The notes under the pieces are model-generated. The model did no database searches. It worked only from the letters and a program-made list of their open reading frames with translations, and was not told where the DNA came from. A program made the translations under genes and the position numbers. A DNA stretch of 64,000 bases from Paraphysomonas bandaiensis (lineage: Eukaryota; Protista; Chrysophyceae). The stretch lies in the NCBI GenBank assembly GCA_965644295.1, contig CBFFRP010000433.1, positions 248,001 through 312,000 on the forward strand, in the 5' to 3' direction. Positions 23,500 through 37,880 of this stretch are shown piece by piece. The first letter of the stretch is position 1; the number at the start of each line of letters is the position of its first letter.

Positions 23500-24861
23500 T
23501 TGCAAGAGAAAAGTTTACACTGAATCTTATTCATTTCACAGTATGTGCAATGACAGCACACAGCACAATAGGTGTTTGATGTATTTAACACCTCCAATAT
23601 GTATTATTGATGGAATTGCACACTTTGCGCAAGTTTCAAGCTTATATTCTTGTTGTAAAATTTAAAAGGGTTGTAAAATAATGTATTGCTTTACAAAGAG
23701 TGACTATATGTTCATCAGTCAGTTCTATATCTTATATCATGTATAGTCACACATCAGTAACTGAATTTAATTCCTTTGTACCTATAATCACCCGTTACAC
23801 CTATGAGTTGACTTTACCTATAGCACACTATTAACTCACTTCAATAGCACAAAAAAATAGCAATGGTCACTACGCATAGCTACATTACTGTGTGTTTTCG
23901 CGACATACTTTCATAGCACTTGAGCCAAGTGGTTCAAACACGACCAACCACGCACACCGTAGAGTTGCATGTGTTGCATAAGCTGAGAAGCTTGAGGCAC
24001 CGTTTCTACCACTTTCACCTATATACCATCCTCCAATTCATCCACCACTACAATCATTAATACATCATTGCGTTCATAATAAAACTGTTCAATTGACTAT
24101 TAAACCCATAGAGATGTTGGAACAAATAATACTCTGGTAGTTGATTATATTCTCCGGTTGATTAGTCAACTTTTAGCTGTATATAACATATTAATGCATC
24201 CATCACAACTTCTTTCATTGAAACACATGGATTACGTAATTGCTGTGATCCTCTCTCTCATAATATCATCCATTAGATCATCTTGTGTGCTTCTTCTTTA
24301 CACTTGTCACTCATCTGTCACTCTCATTATCAACATATTCACTATAAATCATAAGAAGTTTAGTATTCTATTCAAAACGAAGTTGATTTAAGAACTTAAG
24401 TTCAGAGTTTGTTTATCTTAAGGCGGATACATTTGGATGTACTTAGAATGTGGAATACCGCCCGCTCTTTTCATGTATGTAAAAGTACAATTTTTCAAAA
24501 TATAATCTTACAAACCCATTCTAAAAACACCTGTTTGTTTCATAAATGCCAGATATTTAGGTATACAAATATTGAGTGTATTAAGGTATTCTGCAGTATA
24601 CGGGACATGGAATACATTCACACATCACTGTATTTTAGTATTGTGAAACGCTTGAAACCAACTGATATATACATACATATACGTACATACATACACGTAC
24701 ATAGAGCCTCAGGCGTTATGAGTGTATGGAGGTTGCAAGATTATGTCTTGGTAACAATATCATTGCAATTAAACACAACTCTACAATGGCCTGCAATCAT
24801 CTTTAAGTTTTGTAATATTGAAGTATCTCACAAGTGAGCAGACTGCTGTATAATAATAATA

Positions 24862-26574
24862 ATGGCGTCAAAGAAGGAGAGTTCACGTGAAGATTTGCCA
24901 ACTCAACGAGTTCTTCGTCAACGAGAGATTATTGAAAATCTAAGACATAATAATGAAATATTACGACTTGATTTAACAAAAGAATCGAGAGATACGAAAC
25001 GTGCGTCATCTACTGGTGCTTTGAATGACATAGCGAGGTATGATATACTTATAATGAATTTATATACAGACACTGATATTGTGTGGTATTAGGCTTCAGG
25101 AGCAGTCAAACATGTATGTCAGCCGCATCGAACAGGAGCGACGTCATATCGAGGATCTTGATAATGAAATATCAGCTTACCAGGAGAAAATATTGGATCA
25201 AAAAGCTCGAATGGGTGGTATTAATGCTTCTTGGCACAATAATCAAATGATCCAAAAACAAATACGGGTGCTAGAAAATCGTCTCGACAAGTGTCTACTA
25301 AAATTCAACGAGACTCTAGCTCAAAATAAATCTCTTCGTATGAAAATTGATGAGTATCGTCGTGAACGAGTAGTATTTGATGGTATATATAAGAAACTGG
25401 AACGAGAGTTGCACGAGAAAAAGAAGGAAATGGCAGCCATTATAGAAGACAGCAAGCAATCCTTTCAGGCGCGAGACAAGGCTCAGTCAGAGATGATTGC
25501 ACTGCAGCAGCATGCAGAGAAGGAGCGAATGGAGTTCGAAAGCGAGTTTACTGAACTTGGTGATATGATCAAGCAGCAGCAGACGATGTTGGAGCAGTTA
25601 CGTCTAAAGCAGTTGGAAAGTAGTCAAGAAGAACAGTTAACACAAACAGTTGCCCGAGATGAGGGAAAGAATGAAACAACCACAAATATGGGTGGGTGGA
25701 CAAGTGCGAAAGACAAAAGTACTCCACTGTCGCAGGAGAAAATTAATAGCTACGAAGAGGCCCTGAACAAAATTCAGGAGAGCACTGGAATTTACGACAT
25801 CAACGAAATAGTAACCCGCTTTTTGGAGGCGGAGGAACAGAATTTCTCACTTTTCAATTATGTAAATGATATTAACTCAGAAATTGAACGCTTAGAGCAT
25901 TCTATAGCCGACATGCGGAATCAAATCGAGAAATACCGCGGCCAAGGAATGTCAACTGACACGCAACGGAAGAAAGCACTCCGTGACTTGGAAGACAAGC
26001 TCTTGCGGACAGAAAAGAAGGCTGATGAATACGATACTCGGTATCAGCGCGCAGTGCGCACCATATCTCAGCTCAAAAACGGGATTCATAGCATATTTAC
26101 TCGCATTGGTGCGGCCTCTACATCTGTGGAAGAAATGCTCGGTAACCAGGGTGTTACAGAGAGTAACATGATGCAATACTTAGGTATCATTGAGCAGCGT
26201 ACGAGTGAAATTTTGCAAGCTTATGCTGCATCACAAATCGGTCAGCCTAATGAACAGTCGCTTCAGCTACCCTCTGTCATGGCGGTAGAAAGTCCTTCGA
26301 AATTATCAGTAATGGCACCCTCGTATGAGGACATGAGCTCAGGAGAGGACTCTGATAGCGAAGAAGATGAGAGACCGCTCACAAGACAAGAACTAGACAA
26401 AAGGACACTGCGAGAATTTTCTAGAAAAGGTGGGGGTACAACTGGGCCGTCATCTAATCGCGTCGGAAGGTATGAAACTATTATTGTTTCGACGTGATAT
26501 AGTAATGTGTTATTCGATTTAATAGGGCTAGTCACGCAAATGCCCATGATATGCAGGGAAAGGACAACAACTAG
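24862..26574 (+). CDS. ODAD1: Outer dynein arm docking complex subunit (ODA-DC2 / CCDC114 family)
   Basis: Long coiled coil with IRVLENRLDK...FNETLAQNKSLR..ID..RRER, FLEAEEQNFSLFNYVN and MMQYLGIIEQRT. Introns at about 25038-25092 and 26470-26525; the last exon is tentative. Confidence 0.9.
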
Positions 26575-27066
26575 AAATAATAAATTACTTAACTGAACAA
26601 GGAGTGCTTTCTTCATTATCATCCAAACAGAACTTGTGAGAAGTATATTGTAGTCTTATGAATGTGTACCGTGTGTTAAAAACAGTCCCATTCGTGCTTA
26701 GAAGAGTATTTATAGCGAAACAGTATGTAATGACTATAATTTATTTAATACGTTGATTTCAATTTTTTTTTCGAAACAATATGTTGATACAATCAAGATT
26801 TGACATTATTAAGTGGTAAAGACTTAATAGCGAAACATGATGTGCACACAGATTAAATTAGAAACATATAGTAAAATTGTGATCAATATCGCCAAATTCA
26901 TGTTTTCTCAGCTTCCAATTATTTTCATACGGTCTTATAATATAATATTATGTTGTCTTGAACTGTAATGTAAGTCAGCGTCACAATAACAATGTGGATA
27001 TATTATTTCTAAGCGGTCCAACGATATGCAGCAATACAGTATATTCACAATGTAATATTCCCTGTT

Positions 27067-27485
27067 TCCGTCAACTAAATCGGACTCGCACCCTTTCGTG
27101 ATGTTCTGAGGGATGAGGACCGGATATATTCTCCGGGATACTAACGTGAGCCGCATATATGCATACATAGTCAGCAGATAATGTGCTGCCCACTCATAGC
27201 CGAATGCTTGTGTGGTACAAGTAAACTAATATTAGTGTCCCTGGTGTAGAGACGTCTTTGGGCCCACCTCAAGGGCATCCGGGATATTGGGCTGCTGAAG
27301 TCAAGCATCCTGACCAGCAGATGTCAGGTATATCAATATTCTGCTTGCTCACTACTCGCTCAATGATAAAGCAAAAGTGGCTGCACGGTGACAATCAAGC
27401 AGCTTTCGTAGCGATAAATAGTAAGCTGTCAGAGTTAAGCACTGACTCTTTAACGCCTATTGCTAATAATAAGACATTCACTATT
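27067..27485 (+). mobile_element. SINE-like retroposon copy (5'-truncated) sharing the LINE 3' tail
   Basis: Flanked by the 12-bp direct repeat ATATTCCCTGTT (27055-27066, 27486-27497). Homologous over its length to 36306-36745 (minus); the 3' part matches the LINE 3' UTR at 39424-39620. Confidence 0.8.
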
Positions 27486-27726
27486 ATATTCCCTGTTCCT
27501 GAAATACATAGTCTATCCGAGTAGAGCAGCAGCTAAAACACTCAAAGGAGTGTAACCAATTTTCTTGTCAGTGATGACAGCAAACAAACAGAACAATAAA
27601 CTATTACTAACATATATTTACGTAGTTTCAAATAAAACCCTAACTCTTATAAACACGAAGCCGCAAAGTACAACTTACCCTAGTCGCTAGACGAATACAT
27701 CCAATAAATCTTACACTTCTTGAACT

Positions 27727-30700
27727 TCATTCTTTTTCCAGTGCACCTAAAAACACCCAGAGAGATATAAGTCCATTGAAATGAGGAAATGCTCGTACGG
27801 CTAAAACAAATTGCACTTCAGGGTGCTTGTTCTCATGTATACTGGCCGAGCGTACTTTCTCCACTACTGACTCCACATCTGTGTAAGGTATGTTTATTGG
27901 ATAACCTGTGAGCCGATGTGTACGAAGAACACCCTTGAGTCTATGGGTCGCCCTCTCCTCTATCGCCATCAGGACATTGCTCGGAACGCCGCCAGAGGAA
28001 GACAGTCGGGTGTTACCAAGCGCTCCACTGGAGGATACAGCAGCTACGTTGCGGCCGTCGATAGTTCCGTTGAGCTTCCATTCCTCAAGAGAAGTCAGCA
28101 GATCTGTCATAACTGCACAGGCATCAGGATGGAAAGCTGTGACTGACCGGGGACGCTTCGACCTCCACTTTCGCATAGATGCTTTTATATCGTTTTTGAG
28201 CAGCTTTTCTATCTCTAGACATGGACCAGGGGCAGTAGGAGTATAGGCGATTTCTCTCTGAATAGAGGAGAGACTTGTCACAGGAGGGTGGAATCGGTGT
28301 CCGAAAAGAGGTCGCCAGAGAGATGGGCGTAGAATATCGTAGCACAAGTCCTTCGGCTTAGATGCCTTCTGAATATTAGCCCAAATATTGTAAGGGGTCA
28401 CGAGGCAGTATATTTCAGAGAGTGGGCAATTTACATCAGCTGCGCTGTATACATGTCCAGTACAAGGATTCACCAGAAGATACGCTGACGCAGAAGTAGA
28501 CTCTGCAGCATTAGAAGATGTGCTGGGTTCTCTTCCTGCCCGTCGTATCATAACATACACTGTTTCACCTTCAGGTACTGCGTTTCCAATTACTAAGAAA
28601 AGCTCCTCGTTACGTACAAATTCAAGCGACGGATATCCTGGGTATGGTCGCGACTTTGGGTCGTCACCTTTTCCTTTCCTTCCCGCAGTATCGACATTAC
28701 CGGAGTAATTGGCAGTGGAGAGGTAGTAAAGGAAGTTATATAGGGCTGTCGCATGCTCTTCTTCATCTCCACCCATAATCTCAAACATTTGGGATGTTGT
28801 GCACCACAAGTCGAATTCTCCTACGAATGCCTGAGAGTCTGGTATAAATGGGATTAAAGATACAATGTGAATGCATCCGCGACGGGTTGTGACGCCAGGA
28901 GGAGGGCGTAGTGGCTTTAGGTACCGGCATATCAGCACCGACAAACCATCACTATTGGATCCATATATGGTGTATTTACGATTCTTGGTATGGGAACCGA
29001 TTTCCTTGAGAGAGTTGAGCCAAAACTGAGTGTACGCCACCATAGGACGGTCGGGAGGATATACCGTGGCAGCAGATATATCACAGTCCGTATAGGGTGA
29101 GGAGGTTAGAAGCGGGTCCAGAGTTGTCATGATTGTAATGTAAGTTGCATTAAAAGGACCACAGCAGAACCAATCTAGCTCTTTCATGGTGGCGGGGTCC
29201 AGTTGGTCTGTGTCAGTATTCTCCTTTCGGCGGAAGGGACGAGCGACACCAAACCCTAGCATGCTGAGAATCCCGCCGCTTTCCTGGGGCTCCTCTTGTA
29301 CGGTGGAAGGTTCGTGGCGGGATGTGGTATACCCATAATTAAAAGGTGGAGTATTTAGTCGGAACGTTCCTTCAATGCGTTTCTCTGAGAGTATGGTAGA
29401 AAACGGTATAGAGAAACTCCCTACAAAACCAGTTAATATAGCATTTATACATATCGGCACTGCAGTGTTTATACCAAGGTAGCGTTTCTCTTCTCGTATT
29501 GTGGACTCCCCCTCGAGAAAGCCCCCCCGTGCAGCGTCATCATTCTCCACCTCGTCGAATAAAGTAAAGTACACTTCATCTTCCACTTGTTCCAAATTAG
29601 CGTGGTTGAATTCTCCGTGAGGTGGATGGAAGGGAAGCGCTAAAGTCTGCTTCCACATCGGACATGGTCCATCAACAGTTGAAGTTCTAGCAGTACGACT
29701 CTGAAATGACACTTCTACAAAAGTTCTAACACGCTTACGCTCTCGCAAAAAGTGGGAATCTGAGTCAGCATGCAATAGACTAGTTGCAGCCCCGGGGTCA
29801 TCATCATCAAACTCGCTCGCTGCGCGTCCCCCAAAAGTTCGTCTGCTAGTTCTATTGCGGCCACTCTCAACCTCTTGTGTCGAAGAAGCACGTAGCGGGA
29901 CATTGCGAGCACTAACAACCTGAACAAGGAGCTCACAGTGGCGCGGGAGTGCCTCCGGAACTCGCTCCACTGCCCTTGGTTTCAGTGCCCTAGAATAGTG
30001 TAATATAAATAAAATACGATTGCAAAAGTAAGTACCTACCTCTTCCTTTCTGGTATACTGAACACCTTAAAAAATTCGAGGACAGACCATTCATTTAGCG
30101 GTGCAAGGACTTCATGTACGACGGAGGAAGTAACAACCTATGTTTTGCTTCAAACAAATGAAAGCACTATAAGATGGCATTTACCTTTTTCTTTCGAGCG
30201 CGTCGCGAAAGCACAATTTGTGAGTCACGCACTCTACAGGATATAGATATCAGAGGCCATAAACATTACATCCCAGTGTAACACGCACCTATTTAGAAAA
30301 GTAGTTGCCTTCATTGTTGCCCTGCCCTCCGCTTCTCCTTCTGTCTCAGTACCTGACTCAGGCTCCGCCAACTGAAGGTAATGTGGCATATTGGGATCCA
30401 GACCCTTTCTGATCTCCTTGGCCAACATCGTTCGGAATAACTCCGACTGCTTGATGGCCTCCTCAGATAATGGGATTCCCTCAGTAAAAAGGTAAGGTTT
30501 TATTTCGCGCAGCTGTAAAAGCTTATGCCGATTCGATAGCTGCAGATGGAGAAACTGGCCATAACTGACTCCATTCTCTCCATGAAGTGAAGAAAAGAAC
30601 TCTCCACCAAGTTGAAATATGTCTCGCTTCTTCAACCGGCCGCTAAGTATACCTCTGATTTGGTGTTGAACCACGGTATCATTTCTTGGGTCATTGACAT

Positions 30701-33700
30701 CAATGAGCTTCAGCGGTGGTAGGAGTTCGAAGAAGTCTTTCTCTCTAGTAAATTCCAATGATCCACCTACTATGCGCCCTCTACCTTGTGACTTCCATTC
30801 TCCTACAGCATGTGTGGGAATGTATGCAAAATCATTTCCATGAACGCCGTCATATGAATTTCCTACAACCACAGAATTTTCATGGGCATCAAAACCAACA
30901 TCGTATTCGGATCCGCACAGCAAAGCTCCTTCCACACGAACAGAAGAGACCTTCTTCCTGTTCCCCTGAGAGTCCACTCCCCTCCCCTTCGATGCGACGA
31001 TACGCGGTGAAGTGAAATCGTACCAGCCAATCACTGGTGCATAACACAAAGCAGGTACAGCACATTCCTTCCCCGATCTCTTGCTATTCTGAGTTTGTCG
31101 TTGGGAGAGAGGTACACCAATTGTCGCTACAAGAGTTTCGTTGGATATAATTCCCGCGCAACAAGCCAACGACGTGTGTCGCAGCTCATACGATGTGTAT
31201 ACGTTGAACACGGCCTCCGTCGGCTCCCTCAGAACCCGCAGCTCAAAGAGTCGGCCAACTTCAACCTTTAGAGCTGGCCACTGCAAGGGCTGCGGTGTAG
31301 TTGTACCGAGAACCTGTCCATTCACACGCAGAACGAGGCGGACCCGAACTCGGCGCAGCTTTCGTCGACGCTCAATTTCTGCAACGTCAACCTGAGTGTC
31401 CGGAGATATAGTACCTGGCAACACAGGTCACAACTTTACGCTAAGAGAAATAATACAGCGTGCTACCAGAATTGTGCAATTTATAAATAACATCTGGTAG
31501 GATAGTGTCATTCTCAGTGAGGTACTCCACAGCATCATCGACAAGTTTGAGTGCCCTTAGATGCTGCTCTTTGTGTTTGTTAGGTACTTCTGTAGCCTGT
31601 GCCTTGCTGTTAGAGCGCTTTATAGACTGTTGAGCGCTACTTGTAGGCGCCTCAGTGGACTCCACATCTGGTGCAAAATATCGGTACGCGTCATCTAGAA
31701 TACGTCGTAAATCTCCCAATTTCCCACGCAATTCATTCCAGCGTGAGATGTTTGGAATATGTCGAGGTGATTTATCAGACGTCACATCAGATTCCGATGT
31801 AGTTTCCAATCGATGAGCACGAAGGACAGCTCGGGTACTTACAAAATGTTGCTGCTTCCGGGTATCGACCAAATCACGCCATGTCTTGTAAACATCCTTC
31901 CCTGCAAGTATGTACTTGTCAAGAGCTGTTATAAAATCGTACAAACAAATCTTTACCAGATGCCTCAACTGCTGTTTTAAACTCGCACAGGGCGGGAAGA
32001 GTCTCCAGAATGTCAGTATACAACTTCTGCACAATACTGGAAGCCTCCGATTGTGGTATATCCACGACACTCAGTGGGTTCACAAAGTCCGACAGCTCCG
32101 ACAGAAGAGCCAAGAGCCTAAACAACAACATAAATCAGTAACATTTACGGCTATACACAATGACTGACCGATATGGCAGATATTCCATTGCATGCCCTTG
32201 AAACAACCTCGCATACTGAACATAGTAGCGCTTTAACTTGACATAAAGCGCTTCCTCACTTGACATCTACATAATAATTATCGCAAATAGCAATCATACA
32301 AAAAGCACTCACATAGGGATGGTCTGTAAGACAAAGCTCCTGCGCCAAAATCTTAAGAGTTACACCTTTCCTAATAGAAGCATAACCAGTAAAAAAATTA
32401 CAGGAATGCAGAGAGCAGTATTTACTTTTCTTGGTAGCCTTTGCTGTGCTCCGTATCGAAAACAGCCCCAGCAGAGTCCCGAGAATCTGGTCGCAATATC
32501 AGAGCGTTTTCCCCTTCACTAAACACTCCACGTTTCACAGTCGAAGGGTGAACCTGTAGTTCAAACACAACGTTACTAAGTAATGCTGAGATATCACAAT
32601 ACCCACCTGCTGCATAGTTCTCTGATCAACGAAATTTTCTAACAACCGGAGAGTTGGTTCTGTGCAGATGAGTCAGAGGCACAAGATTTCGTTTCTCCAG
32701 AGGCTTACCTCTTTCGCTAGCCTTTAGCAAAACACTTATTCCAGGTATTTGTCCCTTCATACGACATGACGTTGTGAGGAGGGTCTGCCATTGTTCGTGA
32801 CCTTTCTTTCCATCCTTTGTTTGCAGTTGATTAAACGAATCTATCAGGGAACTTGCATCACGGCCCAGCTGAACCTGAGCATGAATCTGTCGGAGTAAGT
32901 GAGAACTTCTACTGGAATACGCATCCCTCAGCAGCCTCTGCGTCGCCCTCGAAAGATAGACATTCGAACTGACAAATGTGGCTATTGGGAGATCAACATT
33001 CTCAGATCGCAGTAAAAGTTGTGCCATGATGTTGCTTGTGCCGGTATACAGTCCTTCTTCTCGACGGATTGGACTACGAACTTCCTCCTCCACAAAAACG
33101 TTGGGTATTTGGGTTAAACGGCTGCTGTTCTGTGAATTGCGGCCTAGTAGATGCTCACTTTCCTCAGGCAGTCCCTCATCTCTTCCCCTCCAGTCTGTTA
33201 CATCTCCGTAACTCTCAATTTCCCAAGTTCCCTCACGACGTGGGGGTAGGTTATGTGGAGAAGGAGAGCTTCGTAAAGTAGAACAGCTGGTACATATGCG
33301 TGTGCAGGACGGGTGTGCATAAGGTGTATGCAGCTGGGGCTGTAGTGAGTTTTCACTCCACCGACCAGTACATAGAACCTACAAAATCACATTACCCAGT
33401 CATGACAGCATACAGAGCGTTAATCACACACAAATATGACTTCAAAATGTATAATGCGTTTCCAACACGCATGCGATCTAGATAATGACCTACATGCTGG
33501 GGAAATATATGCATGGGTTGCTGAATATGTACAAGTTGTCCTGACTCGTCATCCTCTTCCTTGAGAAGAGATTGAGTATCATCTCCTCCTTTACCACTGT
33601 CCTTCATCTTCTTCGATGCTGCAACAGGACGGTCAGTAACCAATCTAATTTATAAAATTCTTATACTGTTATACTCACATCGCTGTTTCTGTCTGAGGGC

Positions 33701-34117
33701 TTCCAATCTCTTCATTGTTGCATCCCGATCTCTCTCCATAGGTTTTCCATCTCCTCCTACTTCACCAGATTGTTGTCGGTGTTGTCGCAACCTGTGCCAT
33801 GACAATAATACTTTACTCAATCACCTACTTCGTGTCGTCATAGCATCTAACCTTTCCAACGCTTTGCTTCTAGCTGAGGCAGTCCCTCCACGCCCTTCAC
33901 ACACAATCAATACATATACATCTAATTCAACAGACAATACATACCCGAATCTTTTGACCCATCTTTAGATACAGGAGTTGATAGAGGTTCACTTGTATCT
34001 ATCTCGAGCCCAGTAGCGAGCTTTGGTCTACTGTATATTATGATTTCAACCTATGAGCATATATCATAAATCAGACCTATTCGAAGGATCTCGTGGACGG
34101 GATCGTAACCCTGACAT
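27727..34117 (-). CDS. CC2D2A: CC2D2A / MKS6-like ciliary transition-zone protein, multi-exon
   Basis: C2 domain (VQVVSARNVPLR..FVEVSFQ..GPCPMWKQTL), CC2D2A C-terminal motifs (ICRYL.P..PP, VSLIPFIPD, GDEEEHA, NIWANIQ, FVLAV) and an N-terminal C2 exon (LRVNGQVLG). The start MSGLRSRPRDP at 34117 is tentative. Confidence 0.88.
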
Positions 34118-34514
34118 TCAAGAAGCGCTGAAAAACGTTTCAATAGTGATGTCAACTCTTGTTTCAGCCTCTATATGGCTTGTAATCCATTCGATCTCCT
34201 CTTCACTTAACTTTGAAATTAAAATGAATTTCATTTGAAAAAAAAAACTAAAATACATCCCATATATGGGATATAATCGAACTGATATGTATGAAGAATC
34301 CCATACAGAGAGTACGTTTGTAGGAATTTCTATAGTAAAAAATAATCTCATCAATATATAAAAGTCGGGATATTTTATTGACACTCGACGGATAGCGAAA
34401 TCCGGAAACGGATATTTTATACGGGAGTTACCAAGCCGTTGTGTTGTCTGGTATACGTATACTCTGAGTTGGTGTACAGGCAGTGGATACGAAACCAATC
34501 ATCTCAACTGTCAC

Positions 34515-35884
34515 ATGTCATCTTGCATCAATCTAACAATCACAATTAACTACAAGGATCGTAAGGATGGTCCTGATGTAGTTAGCCTTTAAGTTTGTGT
34601 TTCACTTCTTTAATATGTTATCTGAAAGTCAGCGCCAGGATATATATCCTGACTGCAGGACACCACAAAGCCAAAGGAAATTCATCAGAAATACTGTCAC
34701 AGTTGCAAATCATTTACTTGATTCTATCGAAAGAGACATTGCGGACTCCAAGCTTGCTATTAGTTCGAAAGAGAAGCAAGTTGAGAATAGGGAGGCAGAA
34801 AATATCTCTTTACACAATAAGTTGAAAGAAGCGAACGTAAGTGAATTGTAGAATGAGTATCTGAACCCTGACAATACCGACTGAAAAGGCTGAAATTAGA
34901 GAATTAAAGGCCCAGCTGAATGAGCAAGAGCTTAGTTATCGTGAGTCTAATCGACAAAAAGAAACTGAAATTGATGAATATGTCAAGGTAGGCGCTGTTT
35001 AGTCTTTGTGTTTTACTGTAATGTAAATGCACAGGCGTGTGAAGGAGAAATGGAAAGAGTCATGAAATATGTACGATCGAAAGAGGTATGTGTACATTTT
35101 TACTTATTTAGAAGCATGTATTAAATATTTTGGTAGGATGAAATTCGGAGAGACAGGGAGAACTCGGCAGGTTTTGAATACCGCTGCAAAGAACTCGAAC
35201 AAGCTCTCAAAGACAGTGAGCAGCAGAGAAATCGCATGAGTAATGAAATCGAGAAGCTACTAAAAGAGGTCAGTGGTACTTGCTTTTGTGCAATGCCATA
35301 ACAGTAAAAACTGCTAGAGAGAAACATTGCTTGAGCGACTTGCAACGTCGGAGAAATTCTGTGCTACACTGGAGACTGCCCATGGTGAAATGAACCTCAG
35401 GTGTGAGTATCTACAGAAAAAAGTAGAGGAGCTCGAGGAACGTGATGCAGAAAGACAGGTTGCAATTTCTGTACGAGAGAACGAGCAGCGCATTAAGGAA
35501 TACGAGATGGATCTCGCGGAGAGAGAGTTCGATAAGCAGTTCGATAAAACGCTAGTTAGCATGACTGCATCCATGAGAGATAAAATGTTAGCCATGAAAA
35601 CTTTTCCTATTTAGTATTGACTATATTAACTACTGCATTACAGGTCTATTGCTACTGACTACAGACCAGGAATGGTATCTTTATTCTCTGAGGACTACAA
35701 GAAGGCCAAGAGTGAGTTTCCTTGTCCAGTTTCTCCGACCAAGTCCACCTATAGATCAGTTAATGGTAAGAATAACACTAGCAATGAAGGGTTCAGCAGT
35801 ATGCGGAACACGAAACGATTTCGAGCTCCACCACCACCCCCATCAGTAAAATTTAATAACAGTAGTGTAAAGTATGATAGCTAG
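34515..35884 (+). CDS. Hypothetical coiled-coil protein, multi-exon
   Basis: Successive E/K/R-rich exons joined by short GT-AG introns; divergent from CC2D2A. Exon boundaries are approximate. Confidence 0.7.
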
Positions 35885-36305
35885 GATGTTGCGAACACTG
35901 GCAGTTTTAAAATGTTAAGCAACGACTGATGTGATGACCATGCCATTATAATACGTAACGATATATAACGGTGGTCAATTCAATTGTTGATAGTGTGGTG
36001 AATACATGGTAATGAAAATACTCCCTTTCAAAAACAATCAATACGTGATGAGGGATATGTATGCAGACACACTCTATTATACTCGCTAAAAGTTCAAACT
36101 TAGAAGGCACCCTACTCAACCTAATTAGTAATTAAGGTGGTACCACACTGTCTATTATTAGTGATAATATCTTGCCAATCATTGACGCAACAATGATGTT
36201 AATTAATGGTCTTTATAATTTCCGGGACTAATTGCAAAGAAGTGAGATATTAGCGGTTACTTGGCTCTGCAACATACCCCTGGGTCCGATCATACTCCGA
36301 TCAGA

Positions 36306-36880
36306 AGTGAATGTCCTATTATTAGCAATAGGCATTGCAATTTAGCAAACTACTGCTTAACTCTGACACCCTACATCCTTAACTACAAGCACCAAGGTGC
36401 AATTACTTTTGCTCTATCACTCAAAGCAAACGCAGTGAGCAAGCAGAATGTTGATATACCTGACATCTGCTGACTTCAGGATTATTGAGTCCATAAGGTG
36501 AACAGGTCCGGTGCTTGACTTTGACAGGTAGCACAATACCTCCGCTACCCTTGAGGCGGGACCAGTGCCGGATTCCTATTTATTTATCAGGGCCCAAAGA
36601 CGTCTACATAAGTACCACACAAGCATTTGATTATGAATGGGCAGTGGGCAGTGGGCAGAGAATTACCTGCTCACTTTTGTTTCCCGGTACTTATCCCCCA
36701 TCCCCCAGATCACCACGAAAAGATGCGAGTCCGACTTTGTTGAGGGCTGTTGGTCAACATAAGGCAGCTTAACTCTTCACTGACGTCTAATTTGTTTGGA
36801 AAGCAATAATACTACCGAAAGCTCGATCCGCCCTAAGACTGAAAAAGTCAGGGATTGCTCAACCGCCTGAAGATCAACAA
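36306..36880 (-). mobile_element. Longer SINE-like copy with a degenerate tRNA-like head (36811-36880) and a LINE-like tail
   Basis: The reverse complement shares blocks with 27067-27485 (tcggactcgca, aatgcttgtgtggtac, gacgtctttgggccc, cagcagatgtcaggtatatcaa(c/t)attctgcttgctcact, tgtcagagttaagca, gcctattgctaataata(g/a)gacattcact). No TSD found. Confidence 0.7.
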
Positions 36881-36997
36881 TGCAACAAGTTATTATTACC
36901 ATTTCAGCGTTCTACACTCTAATTATACACAGTCTCCCTATTCAACATATTAACACAATTCATTTTTCTTTCATGGGAAGGATATAGACGGACTCAA

Positions 36998-37393
36998 TTA
37001 TAAGTACTTTCTTGGTCCTCTCCAACAAAGAAATCCTCTGAGAAGATAATATGCCCATATTTTTCTTCAATCTCCAAAATGGCTTTGTCATATATATTTA
37101 TCTCACGCTGCTTGGAATCGATGCCCTCTTTCATCATAGTTAACTCATAGAGAATCTTTGGTATAATCTGAGATCAGTTGTTTAACGCAACATACAAATA
37201 TGCGATAAAATGAGATGACCTTCTGAATAGCATTCTTTTCCAGTAAGAGTGAAGAAATTTCAGATTCAACCAATTCTCTTTCAGAGCGTAGATTCTGGAG
37301 ACCTGAAATATATATGAATAAAGGGAAAGATCATTAGAACTACACACGTGTTTGTATTGTCGACAGTGGATTGCCGACAGATGCTGAGTTCAT
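36998..37393 (-). CDS. SSNA1/NA14/DIP13-like microtubule-associated coiled-coil protein, 3 exons
   Basis: Not in the ORF track. Spliced: MNSASVGNPLSTIQTRLQNLRSERELVESEISSLLLEKNAIQKIIPKILYELTMMKEGIDSKQREINIYDKAILEIEEKYGHIIFSEDFFVGEDQEKYL*. The L..LR..RE...I....EK..IQ...YDK.I.E.E..Y..I pattern fits SSNA1. Confidence 0.7.
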
Positions 37394-37880
37394 TACTATT
37401 ACAAAGACAAATATAAAACTTCTGATATATATGTATGATAGCCTCTATGCTATGCACCTTGTGATAAGGTCACTAACTTATTTATGATATATATGGAGCT
37501 GTATGTTAGCAGGCAGGCAGCATCCAAATGATCGTGTTATTAGCTTATGTATGTATACCGTATAGCAATAATGGCGATGCAGCAGATTGTATTCCTCATA
37601 GTACAGGTCTGTATATGGTATACCAGTATCATATATTTGTAGTGTGGTAGAAAAAAAAAGATTGTTCAAATATTTCATTTGGTAAAATTGGAAAAAAACT
37701 ACCAATTCAGTGGTAACTTCTATATAGATTTAAATTTTGATGTATACAATTTTACATGTAAATATTTTTGATTTATGTATGTACATATACTGACTGACTA
37801 CTTCAGTTCGTCGTAGCTAGCTAGAGCGACACGAAAGCATCTTATTGCAGTACAAACATTCCATTAAGGAATATAATAAC

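Noticed and set aside
27258-27524. 88-aa ORF with WLHGDNQAAFVAIN, resembling DIRS RNase H
   Set aside because: The segment aligns to the non-coding LINE 3' UTR, and the frame is not kept in the 36k copy.
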